DNA from: an uncultured Conexibacteraceae bacterium
Lineage (GTDB): Bacteria > Actinomycetota > Thermoleophilia > Solirubrobacterales > Solirubrobacteraceae
Direction: 5' to 3'
DNA length: 64,000 nt
Assembly (NCBI GenBank): GCA_963720195.1
Contig: CAVRFD010000015.1
Span: forward strand, 5,690-69,689
Under the pieces are notes generated by a model. It did no database searches. It was not told the origin of the DNA and was given only the letters and a program-made list of their open reading frames with translations. Made by a program: the position numbers and the translations under genes. The number at the start of each line of letters is the position of its first letter. Positions within the stretch are counted from its first letter, which is position 1. Below are positions 60,249 to 64,000 of the stretch, piece by piece.

Positions 60249-61250
60249 TCAGAGCCCGAGCGCTACCGCGACCCGGCGCCGTTGCCATTCGGCCGTCCCC
60301 CAACTGCGGGATGTGGCCCACACGCGCTTGGCGAAGAGGTGCAGGTCGTATTCGGTGGTGTACGCGATGGCGCCATGGCACTGGATCGCGATAGCAGCGA
60401 CACGCTCCGCCGCGTCCGAGGCGGCGGCCTTGGCCATGGCGATGTCGCGCTCCGTGTTCCCGTTGCTGTGATCGAGCGACCATGCCGCGCGCATCACCGT
60501 CGGCGCGGCGAACTCGATCGCGATCAGCGCGTCAGCGAGGTGATGCTTGATCGCCTGGAAGCTTCCCACCGGAACGCCGAACTGGCGGCGGTCCTTCACA
60601 TAGTCGGTCGTCAGGGAGAGCAACGTCCGCGCCAACCCGATCAGCTGGGCGGACGTGCCGAGCACGCCTCGTCGCCATGCCGCCACGCACTCCGCGGAAT
60701 CGAGCTTGAGTGGCTCCACGTCCGGCCTGGCGACGAGCCTGCCAAGAGCGCGCGCGGCGTCTATCGAGCGCTCCGGCTCGATCGCCCCGTCCGCGGCCAC
60801 CAGCCGGATTGTCTGGCCGACGCCGGCATCGCCACTGAGCAACAGCAGCTGTGCGATCTGCCCATAAGGGATAAGCGTCGATCCGTCGAGCGCGCACGCG
60901 ACCAGCAGCTCGCCGGCGAGCAAATGCTCCAACTCCTCGTCGCGGCCGGCGGCCGCCAAGAGCGGCGCCGCAACGAAGGCGGTCTCGACGATCGGCACGG
61001 GCGCAGCTGCGCGCCCCGTCTCCTCGAGCAGCGGCACGATGTCGCTCAAAGAGAGTCCGAGGCCGCTCTGCTCGGCGCTGATGGCGGCGCCCGGAAGCCC
61101 GAGCGCAGTCAGCTCGCGCCAGACAGATGCCGACGCGGCCGCAGGATCCTCCCAGGCGGCGCGTACGACCGCTGGAGAACACGTCCCCGCAAGCACCTCG
61201 CGCACGCCATCGCGCAGAGCGACCTGATCCTCATTCAGGGCGAAGTACAT
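60249..61250 (-). CDS. fadE32: Acyl-CoA dehydrogenase subunit, FadE32-like
   Basis: R.QFG.PVGSFQAIKHHLAD..IA.EFA.P, QCHGAI.YT.EYDL; follows the fadE31-like gene. Confidence 0.75.
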   Translation of the reverse strand: MYFALNEDQVALRDGVREVLAGTCSPAVVRAAWEDPAAASASVWRELTALGLPGAAISAEQSGLGLSLSDIVPLLEETGRAAAPVPIVETAFVAAPLLAAAGRDEELEHLLAGELLVACALDGSTLIPYGQIAQLLLLSGDAGVGQTIRLVAADGAIEPERSIDAARALGRLVARPDVEPLKLDSAECVAAWRRGVLGTSAQLIGLARTLLSLTTDYVKDRRQFGVPVGSFQAIKHHLADALIAIEFAAPTVMRAAWSLDHSNGNTERDIAMAKAAASDAAERVAAIAIQCHGAIAYTTEYDLHLFAKRVWATSRSWGTAEWQRRRVAVALGL

Positions 61251-61256
61251 CTGTCC

Positions 61257-62390
61257 TCACTTTCGCGGAAGCCCGAGCACACGCTCGGCGATGATGTTCC
61301 GCTGGATCTCATTCGTGCCCGCGTAGATCGGCCCGGCCAGCGCGAACAGGAAGCCGCGACTCCAGGGCCCGTCGATCTCGGCCTCGTCCCCGAGCAGGTC
61401 GAGCGCCGTTCGCTGGAGCCTGATGTCGAGCTCCGACCAGAAGACCTTGTTGAGACTTGACTCCGCGCCGGGCGATCCGCCACCGACGATCCGCGTGACC
61501 TGACTCAGCGTGAACAGCCGGTAGGACTCCGCATCCATCCACGACTGTGTGATTCGGTCGCGCAGCAGTGGAGTCGCATCGTCCGGGCGCTCATGGGCGA
61601 GGTCGATCAGCTTGTCCGCAGCCGAGAGGAAGCGTCCCGGAGAGCGCAGGGTGAGCCCGCGCTCTGACCCGGTCGTGGACATCGCAACACGCCACCCCTC
61701 CCCCACGCCGCCAAGAACGGCGTCGTCGGGAACGTGGACATCCTCCAGGAAGACCTCGGCAAATCCCTCGTCACCGTCCAGGCGATCGAAACCTCGCACG
61801 GTGACGCCCTCGGCGTCCAACGGCACCATGAAATAGGTGAGGCCGCGATGACGCTCACTGTCCGGATCGGTGCGGAAGAGCCCGAACATGTGGGTGCAGA
61901 ACGAACCTCGGGTCGTCCACGTCTTCTGCCCCGTCAGCCGCCAACCCCCTGCCGGGTCGGGGACCGCCCTGCTCGATGTGGCCGCCAGATCGCTGCCGGC
62001 TCCAGGCTCCGACCACCCCTGGGCCCAGAGATCGTCCGCGGCCGCCATCCTCGGCAGGATCTGATCCTGCTGCTCCTGGGTCCCGTACTCGAACACGGTC
62101 GGCGCGAGCAGGAAGATGCCGTTCTGGGTCACTCGCGGAGGCGCGCCGGCCCGGTAGTACTCCTCTTCGAAGATCAACCACTCCCAGAGAGACGCGTCGC
62201 GCCCGCCGTAACGCTCCGGCCACGACACGACTGCCCAACGCGCGTCAAACAGCCGCTTTTCCCATTCGACGTGCTGCGCGAAGCCCTCCGCCGTGTCACC
62301 TGACCTGAGGCCGGTGGGCACATTCGTTGTGAGCCACTCCCGGGCGTGAGCTCGGAACTCCTGCTCTGACTGTGTGTACGTCAGATCCAC
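61257..62390 (-). CDS. fadE31: Acyl-CoA dehydrogenase, FadE31-like
   Basis: SGDT.EGFAQH..WE, WAQGWSEPGAGSDLA, ERGLTLRSPGRF, GPIYAGTNEIQRN. Confidence 0.82.
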   Translation of the reverse strand: MDLTYTQSEQEFRAHAREWLTTNVPTGLRSGDTAEGFAQHVEWEKRLFDARWAVVSWPERYGGRDASLWEWLIFEEEYYRAGAPPRVTQNGIFLLAPTVFEYGTQEQQDQILPRMAAADDLWAQGWSEPGAGSDLAATSSRAVPDPAGGWRLTGQKTWTTRGSFCTHMFGLFRTDPDSERHRGLTYFMVPLDAEGVTVRGFDRLDGDEGFAEVFLEDVHVPDDAVLGGVGEGWRVAMSTTGSERGLTLRSPGRFLSAADKLIDLAHERPDDATPLLRDRITQSWMDAESYRLFTLSQVTRIVGGGSPGAESSLNKVFWSELDIRLQRTALDLLGDEAEIDGPWSRGFLFALAGPIYAGTNEIQRNIIAERVLGLPRK

Positions 62391-62394
62391 CGGA

Positions 62395-63153
62395 TCAACT
62401 CTCCTTGCCGAACGTGTCGCGGACACGGTCAGCCACACCCGTCAGATTCAGCTCGAAGGTGAAGCCCTGCTCGAACCGGTAGCTGCGCTTGACGTCCACC
62501 GGGTCGATCCCGTTCAGAGACTGTTTTGCTGCGCGAATCACCGCCGGATCCTTGCCGGCGATCTCACGGGCGAGCTCGCGTGCGTCCTCACGGAGCCGTT
62601 CCCTCGGCACAACCCTCAGCACCGAGCCAAAGGCGTGCAACTCCGCGGCCGTCGCGTTCGCCGAGGTGTAGACCATCGCGCGCATCTTGTGCTGCGGAAC
62701 CAGGCGAGAGAGATGCGTCGCAGCCCCGAGCGCGCCACGGTCCACCTCCGGCAGCCCGAACACCGCATCATCGCTGGCGATGATTACGTCGGCGTTTCCA
62801 ACCAGTCCGATTCCACCGCCGACACAGAAGCCATGGACGGCCGCGATCACCGGAACGGCGCAGTCATACACGGCGGCGAACGCCTCGAAGCAACCCCGGT
62901 TGACGTCCACAAGCGCCTGGTGGCCGTCACGCTCGGCCTGCAGTTCCTTGATGTCGACTCCAGCGTTGAATCCGCGGCCCTCGGCGGCGAGGATCACCAC
63001 TCTCACAGCCGTGTCCTCCCCGAGGGCCCGAATCACACGGGCGAGCTCGAACCAGCCGGCAACCGGCAGCGCGTTCACGGGAGGGTGGTCAACCACCACC
63101 TCCGCCACGCCGTCGGGGTGAACCGTCGTCGAGACAATCCGGGCTTCGCTCAC
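62395..63153 (-). CDS. echA20: Enoyl-CoA hydratase EchA20 (HIP ring D opening)
   Basis: PPVNALP..GWF.LA, AEGRGFNAGVDIKE, NRGC..AF.AVY.C, RGALGAATHL.RLVPQH, SYRFEQGFTFELNL. Confidence 0.9.
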   Translation of the reverse strand: MSEARIVSTTVHPDGVAEVVVDHPPVNALPVAGWFELARVIRALGEDTAVRVVILAAEGRGFNAGVDIKELQAERDGHQALVDVNRGCFEAFAAVYDCAVPVIAAVHGFCVGGGIGLVGNADVIIASDDAVFGLPEVDRGALGAATHLSRLVPQHKMRAMVYTSANATAAELHAFGSVLRVVPRERLREDARELAREIAGKDPAVIRAAKQSLNGIDPVDVKRSYRFEQGFTFELNLTGVADRVRDTFGKES

Positions 63154-63163
63154 ATCTCGCTCC

Positions 63164-63949
63164 TCATGGATGCTGGGCCGACACCGACACGACCTCGCCG
63201 GTCATGTAGGACGAGTAGTCACTGGCCAGAAACGCGATCACGGTGGCGACCTCCCAGGGGGCGGCAGCTCTTCCGAATGCCTCCTGCGACGCCAGCCGCG
63301 CCAGCGTCTCGGGCGGAGAGACCTTTGACAGGAACTCGTGAATCGCGATGCTCGGGGCAACGGCGTTGATCCGGATGCCGCGATCTGCGACGTCCATCGC
63401 GGCGCATCGTGTCAGAGCCATCACTCCGGCCTTGGCGGCCGCGTAGTGCGCCTGACCAGCCTGCGCCCGCCAGCCGATGACCGAAGCGTTGTTGATGATC
63501 ACTCCGGTGCCGCGCTCAGTCATGTGCCGCAGTGCGGCGCGGGTGCAGCGGAAGGTTCCGTTGAGCGTCACGTCGAGCACACGCAGCCACTGCTCGTCCG
63601 TCATCTCGAGGATGCTCGCCTCACCGCCGAGCCCGGCATTGTTGACAAGCACGTCAAGGCGGCCGTGCTCTGCGACGACACGGTCGATCATCGCCTGAAC
63701 CTGCGACTCGTCGGTGACGTCGCACAGGATCGCAAGCGGCTGCACGCCGCTGGTTTCGGCGAGGCGCGCGGCGGACTCGTTCAGACGACGTTCGTGGATG
63801 TCGCTGATCGCAACTGTCGCGCCCTCCTCCGCACATCGCTGAGCGGTCGCGAAGCCGATCCCGGTCCCGGCGGCCGCCGTGACGAGGACCGTCTTACCGG
63901 TCAGGAGCGAATGGCCTGCGGGCGGAGTTGTCGGGATGGAGTCGGGCAA
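63164..63949 (-). CDS. ipdF: SDR IpdF (Rv3559c-like 5-oxo HIP-CoA reductase)
   Basis: GH.LL.GK.VLVTAAAGTGIG, SD.HERRL, GWRAQ.GQAHYAAAKAGVMALTRC.A, EAFGRAA.PWEVA. Confidence 0.88.
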   Translation of the reverse strand: MPDSIPTTPPAGHSLLTGKTVLVTAAAGTGIGFATAQRCAEEGATVAISDIHERRLNESAARLAETSGVQPLAILCDVTDESQVQAMIDRVVAEHGRLDVLVNNAGLGGEASILEMTDEQWLRVLDVTLNGTFRCTRAALRHMTERGTGVIINNASVIGWRAQAGQAHYAAAKAGVMALTRCAAMDVADRGIRINAVAPSIAIHEFLSKVSPPETLARLASQEAFGRAAAPWEVATVIAFLASDYSSYMTGEVVSVSAQHP

Positions 63950-64000
63950 CGGGTGAACTGGTTGATTCTCGCGCTTCTGAGGGGCGTTTGGGTCGGCCTG

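Noticed and set aside
1-64000. CRISPR arrays, tRNA/rRNA, transposases, integrases, prophage
   Set aside because: No regularly spaced repeats, cloverleaf-like sequences or mobile-element motifs seen by eye; a covariance-model search was not possible

Overview
GC-rich window, most consistent with an actinobacterial genome (many GTG starts, apparently leaderless promoters, SigE-type ECF, KstR2 regulon). The lineage cannot be fixed from sequence alone. Block 1 (1-22 kb) is an extracytoplasmic redox region. It has a Mo-oxidoreductase/cytochrome b pair, four divergent secreted PQQ beta-propeller proteins (one fused to cytochrome c), a cupredoxin-like protein and an Fe3+ ABC transporter. It also has a six-gene MoxR/DUF58/VWA operon whose order and motifs mirror mxaRSACKL, the methanol dehydrogenase maturation genes of proteobacterial methylotrophs. 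This block carries many single-base frameshifts, probably assembly errors. Block 2 (22-32.5 kb) is a mix of small accessory units: a divergent GH6, VOC/MarR, an orphan signal-peptide + collagen + Hcp fusion, ECF/anti-sigma, AzlCD/Lrp, PAP2 and GH79. Block 3 (32.7-64 kb) is a steroid C/D-ring (HIP) catabolic region with fadD3, kstR2, echA20, ipdF, fadE30-33-like and echA13-like genes. Nine KstR2-type operators there appear to extend the regulon to a scattered sugar-family ABC importer, a lactonase, an F420-type LLM enzyme, an extra CoA ligase and several dehydrogenases. No rRNA, tRNA, CRISPR array or mobile element was seen.
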